Positions 1-13,079 are shown, numbered from the stretch's first letter. The stretch is 64,000 bases of DNA from Felis catus (GCF_018350175.1 NC_058368.1:21888001-21952000); one strand, 5' to 3'. Translations and numbers: made by a program. Notes: a model not told the origin generated them from the sequence alone.

Positions 1-2029
1 GTTAGAATACTTACGTAAAATTGTGGAAGATTAGATACAGCAAATGAAGTGGGCCTTCAGCCTAGTTTTTCACTGGTTTTATATTAGCAAGGGCAACTTT
101 CAGGTTTTACTTGGTACATTTTTATAAAAACAACATAATGCTGATTTCCCTTTCAGGGTGTAGTTTCTGAATCTCAAATTTAAGAAATCTTAGTTTATTC
201 CCTGACATTCATGTGTGTGCCATATGGAAAGAATGGAGGATAGATTCTTTTCCTTTTAATCTCTGCTTCCCCAAGATTAAGACTATACATTTCTTCTTTG
301 GTAATTTATCCCCACTGTGGGCAACCAAAACTCTCTGAAAATAGGTTATTGTATATAACCTACATCTTCCCTTTGAATTTTAAGCACATTAACTCTTGTG
401 GTCTCTCTGGCAGAGGCCCTCTGCTTTTTGTGGGGAAGTTTTCTGTTTGTTTCTCTGCCGGTCTCCAGACTGAGGAATCACAGCTTCCTCGGGTGTTGCC
501 AGAGGTCTTAGTATTGAGCTTTTTAATTACCTCTAACTCCTATCTGAATGCACTCCAAGTTGTCTGGATCTGTCTCAAGCTGTGAGATCCAGATCTGAGA
601 GTGATTGTCTAGTGAGAATATAACTGGTATTGAGCATAATGAGGTGATGATCTCACTTCCGTGTTGTGTAACCATGCTTTCTGGCATCACACTGGCTCTT
701 TGAAGCGGTTACTACTTTGCTGACTGGTTCTGCTTGTCATCTGTTATGACCTAATGATTTGATTTTTTTCCTAACAGATAATCAATCTTAACTAGTCATT
801 GATTTCTGACTGTAAAAAACTGGGGCAGTTTTTTAGAGCAAACACACTAAAACATATGCATTTAAATTCTTGGTTTTCTACAAAGTGGTGACCTTAGGAA
901 ATTACAACTCTTGGAATTATTTTCAGAGTCAGAGCATATATACAGAGTTAACCATCTTGAGTGTTACAATAAAGATAAGTATAAATAAACATAAAACATA
1001 AAAATATAAATATAATAACTGATTTTCTGTGGGAATACTTTTTTGTTAGTTTTGATATGCCACTTATATATTTTAAACATGCCCTACATTCAGATATATA
1101 TATAGTACATATATTGTGCATGTTATATAGTCAAATAGTTTTAATTTGACTATATAGTCAAATAGTTTTAAAACAAATGAACGCTTTAAACCATCAAATA
1201 TTTTATGGCTTTTAGTAAAACGCAGAAGGACCTCTGCCTCACCCCTCTTCAGCGTAGAAGCTGTTCTTCAGAAGGAACCACTTTTAACTCCTTCAGATGT
1301 TTAATCTTGTATTTTTAACATGCTTACAACTGTTCTTTCTGAATTTTCAATTTTAGATATTATCCTTCCACTTTTTATAATGGCAGATAGCAGTTAGCTT
1401 TATTTCCCCTTCCTTCCTTCCCCTGATCCTTTCAATATAGTGATATCACCATTTTAGTTAAATCGATATTTACATTAGTAGGACTCTGTAAGTGTGGTTT
1501 ATAGCTGAGCCATCGCCTTTCTGTACCACTGTTTGTTTTCCTGAGGTTCATTCACCCATTTTTCTAAAGGTCTGTCATTATGCGCAAATTGGTCTATACA
1601 GCAGTGTTGTGTCTCAGCACATCTGAGCTCATCTAGATATCTCTGGAGCCCTCCGTCCCCGTGTTCCAGCCTGCCACACGGCTGTCAGCCTAGAACTTCA
1701 CTCACCATCATCGTGGAGGTCCCTTCACCTTTGTCCTTTCTGGATGCCCTATTTCTTGTGTCCTGTGTCTTCCTCCTGGGATCATACCTTTATTTGAGTG
1801 AAACACTTTCTCTAGTAGCTTCCCAAGGAAGAGGGTGTGAGAGAAATCTTTGAGATGCTCTTAAAATGTCTTTATTTTACTCACGCAGATTGCCCATTGG
1901 TTTGGCTGGGCTTAAAATTCCTGATTGAAAATCCTATTTCCTCAGAATTTTGAGGTTATTGTGCCTCTTGAGTTTCCGGTTTCTTTTGAGATTCCGATGC
2001 CATTCTGACTTTAGCTGGGGTTGTTTATT

Positions 2030-2252
2030 TTTTGTTTTTTTAATTTTTTTTAATGTTTTTATTTATTTTTGAGACAGAGACAGAGCATGAGCAGGGGAGG
2101 GGCAGAGAGAGGGGGAGACACAGAATCTGAAACAGGCTCCAGGCTCTGAGCTGTCAGCACAGAGCCCGACGCGGGGCTCAAACTCACGGACTGTGAGATC
2201 ATGACCTGAGCTGAAGTCGGACGCTTCACTGACTGAGCCACCCAGACGCCCC
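2030..2252 (-). mobile_element. Can-SINE (SINEC_Fc type)
   Basis: Reverse complement of GGGGCGTCTGGGTGGCTCAGTC head, (CT)n region, AATAAA and A tail. Confidence 0.95.
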
Positions 2253-2830
2253 CACTTTAACTGTTTTTGCATATGACTGTTTTTTCCTCTTTGGAAGCTT
2301 TAGGGATCTTTTCTTTGTTCCCAGTTTTCTGAAAAAATCATGGTTATGTACTCATGTAGATGATTTTTAATTTATTGTATTGATCATTCTGTTGACTTTC
2401 AGTCTGGAAATTCCTTCATTTCTATAGAATATTTTCTTGTCATATTTCATGGGTAATTCCCCTTCTCTGTTTTCTCTGTTGTCTTTTTGGAATTTTTCTT
2501 AGAAGGAAGTTAGAGGATTCTGAACTGACCCTCTTAACTTTCTTATATTTTTGCTCCAATCTACTTTTTGGGAAATTTCTTCAGCCTTATCTTACACCCC
2601 TTCTCTCACATTTTCACATTTCTGCTGTTACATTCCCCCATTCTCTTTCTTGTTCTCTGAATGTGCCTTTCTAGAGCTTCCTGTCCTGCTTCATGGCCTC
2701 ACTATATTCTCTGAGCTGGAATAGGTTACTTTCAAGTCATCCTCTGCTCTCTGCTTTCTTTTTTCCTCCCAGATTGCTTCTTTCTCTTTTGTTTTGGTCT
2801 CTGACTTTTCTTGTTAGAGGCTTTCTTTAT

Positions 2831-3049
2831 GGGGCACTCAGTCAAGTGTCCAACTTGGGCTCAGGTCATGATCTCACGATTTGTGGGTTCTATCCCCACA
2901 TTGGGCTCTGTGCTGACAGCTCAGAGCCTGGAGCCTGCTTCACATTCTGTGTCTCTCTCCCTCCCCCCCTCTCCCCCCCCCTTTCCCACTTGCACTCTCT
3001 CTCTCTCTTTCTCTCAAAAGTAAATAAACATTAACAAAAAACCCAAAAA
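2831..3049 (+). mobile_element. Can-SINE with a short 5' internal deletion
   Basis: ggggcactcagtc ... ggctctgtgctgacagctcagagcctggagcc ... (CT)n aaataaacatt. Confidence 0.9.
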
Positions 3050-3402
3050 TTTGTGATCTTTGGCTGGCTGTCCACAGGTGGGACACAGGCCCTGATCTAC
3101 ATGCTGGGAATACTGGATTCATGGGTGAGGCTTGTCAAGCACTGAGCTTCACTTTAGGGAGATAATAACTGCTGCATTAGGGATGCTTCCAGTGTCACTC
3201 CCAATGTCAGTATATGAGCTTCCGTAGGGTGGAATCTTCCAGATTCCGGACCTGGATATGGGTTTTTTTTTTGCCAGCTTTCCATTAGCAGAGGAAGGGC
3301 AAGGATCTATCTCACTGTTCAGTAGTGGACTTCCACTTCTGCTTTCCTCACTACAGTGCCTCACAGCTGTCTTCAGGGCCTCTTTAGATTATTCTCCTAT
3401 CT

Positions 3403-3433
<31 letters not shown>

Positions 3434-3816
3434 GTCGTGTTATGTGGGAGAAGGGAGGGAAGGAGGTTTGGGCAGAGGGAGAAGTTGGGCTGTAGTGCAG
3501 TTATAGTAAGAAGTTCACAGCTAGTAAGTGCTGTAGGCCTCTTGTCTTGTACAAGCTTCCTGACCCCACAGGAAGAGGATGAGGATTTGGGGTCTGACTG
3601 CTTCTGTTCTTAGTTACACTGGCCCTTAAATCATTTCCTGTGTTGCCTGCTTTCTCCAGTCTCTGGGCCTTCCGGAGATTCCAGGGCTGTGATTGGCTTC
3701 TTCTTTTGCAGATGTACGTGTCACCTTCTCTGGTTGGCTGTGTTACCACACCCACCTGCTTCCTATCTTCCAAAATTTTGTTGACCTCTCTCCAGTTGTA
3801 TTTTCTTCTTTATTCT

Positions 3817-3854
3817 CTTTTTTTTTTTTAACTTTTAATGTTTTATTTATTCTT

Positions 3855-3885
<31 letters not shown>

Positions 3886-4067
3886 AGAGAGAGAGCGAGC
3901 ATGAGCGAGGGAGGGGCAGAGAGAGAGGGAGACACAGAATCCAAAGCAGGCTCCAGGCTCCGAGCTGTCAGCACAGAGCCTGACACGGGGCTCAAACTCA
4001 CAAGCAGTGTGAGATCATGACCTGAGCTGAAGTCGGACGCTTAACCGACTGAGCCACCCAGGCACCC
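3817..4067 (-). mobile_element. Can-SINE
   Basis: Antisense SINEC body with poly-T and (GA)n. Confidence 0.95.
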
Positions 4068-4256
4068 CCCTTCTTTATTGTTCTTTTTGTCCTCAACTGT
4101 TTATGCCTTTTTTTTTTTTTCCCCTTCACTATCATTTCAGTAGGATTTGGGGACAGAATAAATTCAATTCTCCATGCTTTACTGACTTGTGAGCTATTTC
4201 TAAAAGACATTTTAGGAATGTTTTGATCAATACTACATTATTACATTGAAAATCTA

Positions 4257-4587
4257 GGATGTGAGAGCAATCTGGCTGTGATGTCTGTCACTGCATTGAT
4301 TGCCAGAGTTGATACAGCTGATCTGGCTGGGTAGGCGGGCGTCCCCTTTTTCCCTTACCTGCTCCATGTGTGTGTCCCTCCCAAAGCTGGCACTTGGTGG
4401 AAGAGGACGACCTTCCCCGATGGAGGAGGTCCTTTCTTCAGTCAAGGGTATACAGGTAGTTGTGCTCCCCTGCTAGAGCCTCCAGACAAGCTCTCAAGGT
4501 CCATTTGTAGGAGAACGTAGGGTAGTCAGGCTTCCAAGACTCCAGACATACCCAGATGAGGTGCTGCATGCGGCACCTTTAAAAAAT
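4257..4587 (+). pseudogene. 7SK snRNA processed pseudogene (RN7SK retrocopy), near full length
   Basis: Colinear with 7SK from GGATGTGAG through CAAGCTCTCAAGGTCCATTTGTAGGAGAACGTAGGGTAGTCA to GCTGCATG; many CpG-decay changes; short A tail; TSD AAAATCTA(G) at 4249-4257 and 4588-4596. Confidence 0.95.
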
Positions 4588-5138
4588 AAAATCTAGTCCC
4601 ATCTGGTGACTACTCTGAAGATCTATATTCACTTAGTATTATTGCTTTACATACAGACCTAGGGCTTGGGGATTTCTTTTTTGTCTTCTAAAGTAAGTTA
4701 AATTAGGTTACCTATAAAATTAGTTGTTTGTGATCACTTCTCCAATCCGTGTCCGGTCTCTGAAGGCCAGCTGCATTCTCTTGAAGGCCAGAACCTCATG
4801 GGGTGCTTCTCTGTGCTCTCCCTTTCCCATGCTCTCCCCACTCCCCACTTCCCACTCTCCCTTCTAGCCTGGTATGGTTTCACTCTCGTTGTTTGGTCAT
4901 TTGGTTCATCTCTTGAACCTCAAGCGATCCTGAAGTTTCATCCCTTGTTTGCCAGAGACGGTGTGGCAAGAGTAGGGCTGGGCAAAGTGGGTGCTGGTGC
5001 CCAGTTGAATGGGGTTGCTTTGAAAGTTTCCCCGGGAAATTGGAACTAAGAGCCATCTCAAGAAGCTCACTTTTCCTATGCTTTATCAAGTGAAAAGGGA
5101 AGAAATATCTTCATATACTATTTTAAAATAGTAAAACT

Positions 5139-5360
5139 GGGGCGCCTGGGTGGCGCAGTTGGTTAAGCGTCCGACTTCAGCCAGGTCACGATCTCGCGGT
5201 CCGTGAGTTTGAGCCCCGCGTCAGGCTCTGGGCTGATGGCTCAGAGCCTGGAGCCTGTTTCCGATTCTGTGTCTCCCTCTCTCTCTGCCCCTCCCCCGTT
5301 CATGCTCTGTCTCTCTCTGTCCCAAAAATAAATAAAAACGTTAAAAAAAATTAAAAAAAT
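5139..5360 (+). mobile_element. Young Can-SINE subfamily copy (TGGCGCAGT / CAGCCAGGTCACG variant)
   Basis: CpG-rich body; TSD aaaatagtaaaa on both sides. Confidence 0.95.
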
Positions 5361-5394
5361 AAAATAGTAAAATAATACATTAAAGAGAAGGTGA

Positions 5395-6790
5395 TTGCCA
5401 GGTGCAAATCTGGAGAGGACTGATGGCTGAGAACAAGCAGCTGGCAGCAGTCCCAGCATCTGGGGAATAAGGTCCTTGATCCTGAGGCTCATCTGGGTGA
5501 CCCTGCACAACATTCACTCATTCTCTCCCATGCAGTGTTCAGATCCATGGCTTCCTGTATGTTTGGGGTGTAGCTCCTCCAGGATTCTAGTGGGCCTCTT
5601 TTCCTAGGAAAGACTTCCTGGAAGACTGTTAGTGGGATGAATTACAGCCTCTGTGCTGCATGCAGCTGGTATCATGGCCACAAGTAATACTCATTGCCTC
5701 CCTCCTCCAGCACTCCTTTTAGAGTCTCTTCACATTTGGCTCGCATGTGGCTCAGGGGACTAACCTGATTGTGTGATCCAGACTCTCATCCTTGAGGGTT
5801 CTAGGCCCTTAACCATGCTGTACTCTGGCCATGGCTGCTGTACATTTCTCTTTACCAGTACTGTTGGGCAAATGTGCACCAAAAGCACCAAGTTTCACCT
5901 CCTTGCCAAGCATTCCTCTCTTGCCTCCATTATATAATAGCAGTTCTACCTCTTTCTGCCGACTAGGTCAGTTGCCCCTGTCAGGAGGGGACTCCTCTTT
6001 TTTCCTGTTGGTTCTTTGACTGGAGGAAAGAAGAGTCAGGGCCCTACAGAGGGCCTATGGCAGCCGTAACTTAAAGTTCAGTGGGATTCCTGCCGTGTTC
6101 TTAGTGGAAGTGTTTCTGCTTAGGGAACTGGGACTTCTAAACCTATAGAACCTACAATTGCAGGGGCAGGAAGCTCAGATTCCCCAAGTCGGTCGCTGGG
6201 AATGTTGGTCAGTAGGGTCACTCGTATAATCCACTTTGGTTCCTGGATGCAGGTATTCCACCTGTTAGGGACACAGCACCACGTAGTGGTCACTGAGTTA
6301 GAATCTGTGCCTGGAGCTTAGCATCCCATCCTCACACCATCTCATCTCCAGGCTGATGCATCAGCTGTGCCTTCAGCCAGCTTGTCATTGTTGTGTCAAG
6401 CTGGCATCTTTTAGATGTTGCAGTGTATGACATACGACCAGGAGCCCCATGGCCATGTGAGCACTGCTACATCTCTTTTGCTATAAAGTGGATCCTGTGG
6501 TCTGAGGAAATATTTTGTGTAATCAAATACTCTGTGGATTAAATACCTCATATTGTTGTGCTAGCTGAGGCCTTGTGGGCAGGAAACGTGTACCCCGGTT
6601 ATATGTTGATTTCTGTTAATGTGAACAGCTGCTCTTTCCAGGATGAAACGGTCTGTTGGAGTCACCTTGATACCAAATACCTAGTTAGTTTCTGTAAAAG
6701 GGCGATGCTATTTCAGGGACTCTGCATTGGTTTTTTTTTAATGGCACAGCAGGCATTTGGCGATGGTAGTAGCCGGGTTGAGTAGGAGTC
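5395..6790 (-). mobile_element. ERVL-class endogenous retrovirus remnant: LTR16-like LTR fragment plus degraded pol 3' region (integrase/dUTPase)
   Basis: Minus strand gives SDHRIHFIAKEM*QC (about 6505-6461; compare ERVL integrase SDQGTHFTAKEV) and LLVHICPTVLVKRNVQQPWPEYSMVKGLEPSRMRVWITQSG (about 5885-5763); 5395-5510 resembles the start of an LTR16-family LTR. Confidence 0.75.
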
Positions 6791-7184
6791 CCTTCTTCTG
6801 AATTTGCATTTTCTTCCTAGGAGTGAAGTTGAGTGTCTTTTCATGTGGTTGAGTCATTCACATTTTTTTCCATTGTGCACCATTATCAATTCATATTTCT
6901 AACAGGTTCTTGGTCTTTTTCTTTTGTACTTTTAAAAGCTCTTTTTGTAATAGAGATATTGTCTCTTAGTAATATAAAGTAGAAATATTTCTGCTAATAT
7001 TTAACTTTTTTCTTTGCCCATGTTTTTTCCATGTAAAGTTTAGAAAATATGTAGCTAGATTTATCACTCCTTTTGTTGCTTCTGATTTTGAATCGTAGGA
7101 AAGTTTCCCCTATGCCCAGGTTATGGAGGAATTGACTAATTTTTTTCCTCCTAATTCTTATATGGTTTTATTTTCCACATTAAA

Positions 7185-7626
7185 GTTTTTTTAATGTTTA
7201 TTTTATTATATTTTTTAATGTTTATTTATTTTTGAGACAGAGAAAGACAGAGCATGAACAGGGGAGGGTCAGAGAGAGGGAGACACAGAATCTGAAGCAG
7301 GCTCCAGGCTCGGAGCTGTCAGCACAGAGCCCGACACGGGGCTCAAACCCACGGACCGTGAGATCATGACCCAGCTGAAGTCAGATGCTTAACCGACTGA
7401 ACTACCCAGGCGCCCCTAATGTTTATTTAATTTTGACAGAGAGAGAGAGACAGAGCATGAGTGGGGGAGGGGCAGAGAGAGAGGGAGACACAGAATCAGA
7501 AGCAGACTCCAGGCTCTGAGCAAGCTGTCAGCACAGAGCCCCACGCGGGGCTTGAACCCACAGACTGGGAGATCATGACCTGAGCCGAAGTCGGACGTTC
7601 AACCGACTGAGCCACCCAGGCGCCCC
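7185..7626 (-). mobile_element. Nested Can-SINE pair (inner copy 7204-7416 in the tail of the outer copy)
   Basis: Outer TSD tattttccacatt; inner TSD taatgtttattt (7192-7203 / 7417-7428). Confidence 0.92.
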
Positions 7627-7754
7627 TATTTTCCACATTTAAATTTTTGACTCATTAGGAAGTTACTATGTGATGAATGAATCTAATTTTTCAATCTGAC
7701 ACAAGTATCTCAACCCAATTTGTAAAAAGTCCCTTCTCCCGCAAATGACATAGC

Positions 7755-8588
7755 TTTTTTTTTTTTTTTAAACTTTATTTTTTAAAATTTACATCCAAAT
7801 TAGTATATAGTGAAGCAATGATTTCGGGAGTAGATTCCTTAATTCCCCTTACCCATTTAGCCCATCCCCCCTCCCACAACCCCTCCAGCAACCATCAGTT
7901 TGTTCTCCATATTTAGGAGTCTCTTGTTTTGTCCCCCTCCCTGTTTTTATATTAGTTTTGTTTCCTTTCCCTTATGTTGATCTATTTTGTCTCTTAAAGT
8001 CCTCATATGAGTGAAGTCATATGATTTTTGTCTTTGACTAATTTCACTTAGCATAATACCCTCCAGTTCCATCCATGTAGTTGCAAATGGCAAGATTTCA
8101 TTCTTTTTGATTGCTGAGTAATAATCCATTGTGTATATATATACCATATCTTCTTTATCCATTCATCCATCGATGGACATTTGGGCTCTTTCCATACTTT
8201 GGCTATTATTGATAGTGCTGCTATAAATCTGGGGTGCATGTGTCCTTTCAAAACAGCACACCTGTATCCCTTGGATGAATGCCTAGTAGTGCAATTGCTG
8301 GGTCGTAGGATAGTTCTGTTTTTAGTTTTTTAAGGAACCTCCATACTGTTTTCCAGAGTGGCTGCACTAGCTTGCATTCCCACCAACGATGCAAAAGAGA
8401 TCCTCCTTCTCTGCATCCTTGCCAACATCTGTTGTTGCCTGAATTGTTACTGTTAGCCATTCTGACAGGTGTAAGGTGGTATCTCATTGTGGTTTTTATT
8501 GATATTTCCCTGATGATGAGTGATGTTGAGCATTTTTCATGTGTCAGTTGGCCATCTGGATGTCTTCTTTGGAGAAGTGTCTCTTCAC
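7755..8588 (-). mobile_element. 5'-truncated carnivore L1 (ORF2 C-terminus, 3' UTR, poly-A)
   Basis: ORF2 peptides (CSTSLIIRE...[30 protein letters not shown]); TSD caaatgacatagc at 7742-7754 and 8589-8601. Confidence 0.95.
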
Positions 8589-9945
8589 CAAATGACATAG
8601 CTTTTATTTCTTTATGCAATTGGTTTATTTCTAGAACTTCACTTTCATTCCACTGGTTTTTCTGTCTTTGACCTAGTATTAATCTTAGTTTTAGGCATTT
8701 TTTATAGGTTTTAATAACTGGTAGAGCTGTCTTCTTCTTTTCTTGGAGTTTTTCTATTCTCATTTGTTCTTCCCAATGAACTTTCTAATCAGTTTGTTTA
8801 GCTCCAAAAAGTAACTTATCATTTCATTCCTTTTATTTTAAATTTACCAATTTACACAGGAAAAGCTAGTACCTTTATGATACTGAGTTTTATTGTCCGA
8901 GAACCAAGGTATGTATTTCTATTTGTTCAAGTCTATTTTTCTGTCTCTTAGGAATGAAAACACTCATAGGTTTGGACATTTCTATCGCCTGATATAACTT
9001 TACCGTGATATTGTGGATCTTCTTTAGGTATTACACTTTTTCAATCTATGGCCTCATCCTTCTTAGGATGAAATTTCCCGTTTATGGTTTCTGTCTTAAT
9101 TTCTGTAATAGGGAAGACCTCTTGTGAGCCACACATAATCAAATTCTAGATTAGATAATCAGAAACCTACTTAATTATGAGTACCTTTCCCCTGGTTGCT
9201 CAGGGGCCATTTCAGTGAGTTAGCAGCCTCACGGTAACACTTGGATTCCTGCTGTTGCTCTCAGATACCATTATTTCCAGGTCTAGATTGTCCTTAACAG
9301 GTCAGGATGTTTTACTACCATGGGAAAGACATGAAAAGAGTGTATAACTTGGGGGTATCTACTCTTGATACTTAGGCATGCTATGTGAGGAAATGCATGA
9401 AACATTGGTACTTCTACAGAGGACACAAAACCGAAAAGTTACTTCTGTCAGAATCCCAAAAAGATGAAGTCATTAGAGAGAAATTGAGCCAGATTTGATG
9501 CCAGTAATTGTTTGAGAGAAGCTTTTGGATTTTTGTATGTAGTATATACAAAAAGTATACCTCTTTTCCTCTGTACTTTGTGAGGGAGTCTCTCTCACTC
9601 TCTCACAGACACACACACGAATGTTCCCTGATTTTTGGCAAAATGATAGTTAAGATTAGTGTTAAGCTTTCTTATGTCTTCTACTTTTTGCTTGGTACCT
9701 GACACAGAAAGCACTGATATGAATCAGTGTGTTCAGAAAGTCTAATTTTTGTATATATAAACTGACTTTTGACCATAAAGCTGATCTTACTTCTTTGCTT
9801 GTATTAAGTCCTTGCTTGAATGATTTTACATTTGTCTATCCTGTTTTCTCATTTGTCCTTCTTTCCTTTACCCCTCATCAGTGGTTACTCTATAGGGAGA
9901 AGGAGGCAATGGAAGGAAACGAAGGTTGGAGAATGAGTTGTGTAA

Positions 9946-10417
<472 letters not shown>

Positions 10418-10425
10418 TATTCTTT

Positions 10426-11035
10426 ATTTTTAAATTGTGGTAAAATACACATAATATAAAATTTGCTGTCCTAGCCATTTTTAAGAATTGTGGAAACCAG
10501 ACCTCAGGATTTGTGAGGACTGCTTTCTGCAGTGGCTTTGTCATCTGCCTGGATTATTGCCATGGTCTCTTTAACCACTTAAATGGTTAGGATGGCAAAT
10601 TATATATGTATATATTTTTATATCCATTGTGATTTATCGAATGTCAGTTCAGTAACCTTAAGTACATTGTTATGTAGCCCTCACCACCAGCCATCTTCAG
10701 AACTCTTTATTTTGCAAAGCTGAAGCTGTACCTCCTAATGGTGACTCTCCACTCCCAGCACCTGTGACCACCGTTCTGTCTTCTGTCTCCATGAGTGACT
10801 ACTCTAGGGACTTCATATGAGTGAAATCATACAGTGTTTGTCTGGCTATGACTGCCTTATTTCACTGGGCATAATGTCCTCAGGGTTCATCCATGTTGTA
10901 GCACGTGACAGAACTTCCTTCATTCTTAAGACTGAATAATATCCCATTGTGTGTATATGCCATATTTTGTTTGTTCATCTGTTGGATATTTGGGTTGTTA
11001 CCAACTTCTGGCTATTGTGAAAGTGCCTTTTAAAA
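10426..11035 (-). mobile_element. Old L1 (L1MA/MB-like) 3' end, interrupted at about 10486-10641
   Basis: aattgtggtaaaatacacataa...; ttcatccatgttgtagca; ctattgtgaa. Confidence 0.8.
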
Positions 11036-11479
11036 AAATAAAATCGTGACCATATCTGTATTTGGTATAGTGTAAACATAGCAGCCCTGTGCACAGCTAA
11101 AAACATGTGGGGACACACTCTTTTTCTATGTGATCAGGACCACTCTTTTGATAACAGATTTCAGCCTCAAGGCAGTTGAGTCCCCTGCTCTTCGCTAAGA
11201 CGACAAATCAGATGTGTATGACAGTGTTCTGTACTTTTGTTTTTTTTAATGACCCCCATCAGTTAAGGTCTGTTTTGTTTTCAGTAATAGTAATGATGTC
11301 ATAGAAAATAACTTTACCAACATTCCAGTAGGTGCTGTACCCCACCAAGTTAAGGTTGCTCATCTTATTGATTCTACCTTCTAATCTTTCATCTCATTTT
11401 GTTTCTATTCATCTATGTAACCATAGGTCAGGTCTTGCTCTCTGCCTGGGCTATTGCCATGGTCTCTTTTGTTCCATAG

Positions 11480-11570
11480 CATTTTATTTTTATCTTATTT
11501 TATTTTATATTTTAGTTCATTTCATTTATTTTTAGAGAAAGAGAGCATGAGCGGGGGAGAGGGGCAGAGG

Positions 11571-11629
<59 letters not shown>

Positions 11630-11754
11630 TCTTAAGCAGGCTCCACATGTAGCATGGAGCCCAATGTGGGGCTTGATCCCATGAACCATGAGATCATGAC
11701 CTGAGCCAAAATCAAGAGTTGGACGCTCAACCGACTGAGCCACCCAGGCACACC
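11480..11754 (-). mobile_element. Older Can-SINE (AAATCAAGAGT variant) with an expanded (GA)n tract
   Basis: Antisense SINE body; (GA)n at about 11573-11623; degenerate TSD. Confidence 0.9.
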
Positions 11755-13079
11755 ATCTGTTTTATTCCGTAGCTTTTTGATTGGTCTACCTGTCAAGTAT
11801 CACCTCTGTGCCCCCTGTGGTTTCTGAAACAGAGATCATATTGTTCTCTTATTTAGAATCCCTCAGTGTTGTTAACAGTGATTTTACTATGTAGGACAGG
11901 GTATGGGTGAAGAAACCAGAGAAGCGGAGGGAGATAAAGGTTTCATGGCTAGGATGTGCTAGACCTAGGCCTAGCACCCAGGTCTTAGGCCCTAAATCCA
12001 CTGTTTGCTAGTCTGTTTTTAGTTAGTGGAACCTCAGTCCCCATTTTTAAAATGAAAGGCAGCTGCATTACAAGGGAGCTTGGGATGTTTGAGAAGTGCC
12101 AGAAGAATGGTTGGTTAAAATTAGAATTCCCTAATTTGTACGGCCTGGATTCCTTGTTTATTTTGACTGTAAGTATAGGTTACTTTGGATAATTGTGCTA
12201 AATATTTGCATTATTATTCTAGATGTTCCTGTGAATCCACTTTGAGGAAGTTTTGCAGTTATTTCTTTGTTCCTGTGAAATGAACCCATAGTGCATATTC
12301 TTTTAAACCCCAGCTGTAGGTTTTATTATTGTCGCCTGGGGCAGTTTCAGACAGGTGAGGGGAGATAGGAAGTGCGACCCAAGAAAGAATCATGGAAGCC
12401 ACACCTCATGATGTGTGAGGACCACTTCCTGCAGACAAATGAAAGGGATGGGTCCTTAGAAATTCTTCTAGTCTTGGAGGAAGTAATTGCCTGGGCTGCC
12501 AGCAGCCCCTCCCCTAATTCTCTCTGGTCACACTTTTGTTTGATAGGGTCAGTTGGTAATTAACTTGAGGTGGTTTTTTGTTTTTCATCTTTGTTACTAG
12601 ATTTTAACAAGCTCAAAGCTCTGTGTCTCTAGAATTCTGGTTTTCACACTATGGCAAATCACAGGCAGGATGCATTTGAGGAGGGGAGCTGCTTGGAGCT
12701 GACAGGCAGCAAATGAGAACTGAGAGAAAATAGAACCAAGAATAAGCTAACAACCTGGTGTCATCTCCATAGGGACAAACATCTCTTTAGTACTTGTGAG
12801 CCTTACCGTATTATGACAGACACGTAACTGTGATTGATAATTTTAATTGTGATGGTTGTGACTCATCAGGAAAGGTTATTTAATGTTCAGTATTGGTGAT
12901 TAGTGAGACAGGGAAAAAGCATCTTACGATTTTGGAAGCTTTTTGTGGAGGAAAAGAAAAAAAAGAACATCTGTGCCCAAAGAGTTAGGCACATTTTTCA
13001 TATCACTGCTGCTTTGTGGTATGTACTTTATTTCCTGTTGATGGCAGATTGCAAAATCATGTATGGCTGCTATAATTAC

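Larger units (their letters stand above)
1180..3800 (-). mobile_element. Ancient degraded L1-type element (L1M/HAL1-like), interrupted by SINEs
   Basis: T-rich antisense L1-like phrases (ggtttggctgggcttaaaattcc...cctcagaattttgagg...gatgccattctga); boundaries approximate. Confidence 0.55.

Noticed and set aside
4257..4580. Functional 7SK gene
   Set aside because: Has a TSD and A tail, CpG decay, a damaged 5' GAUC motif and 3' hairpin, and no recognisable upstream PSE/TATA promoter
5139..5220. tRNA genes
   Set aside because: The A/B-box-like sequences are the tRNA-derived heads of SINEs and continue into SINE body and tail
8248..8763. 171-aa minus-strand ORF
   Set aside because: Chimeric read-through of an old L1 fragment into a truncated younger L1 ORF2
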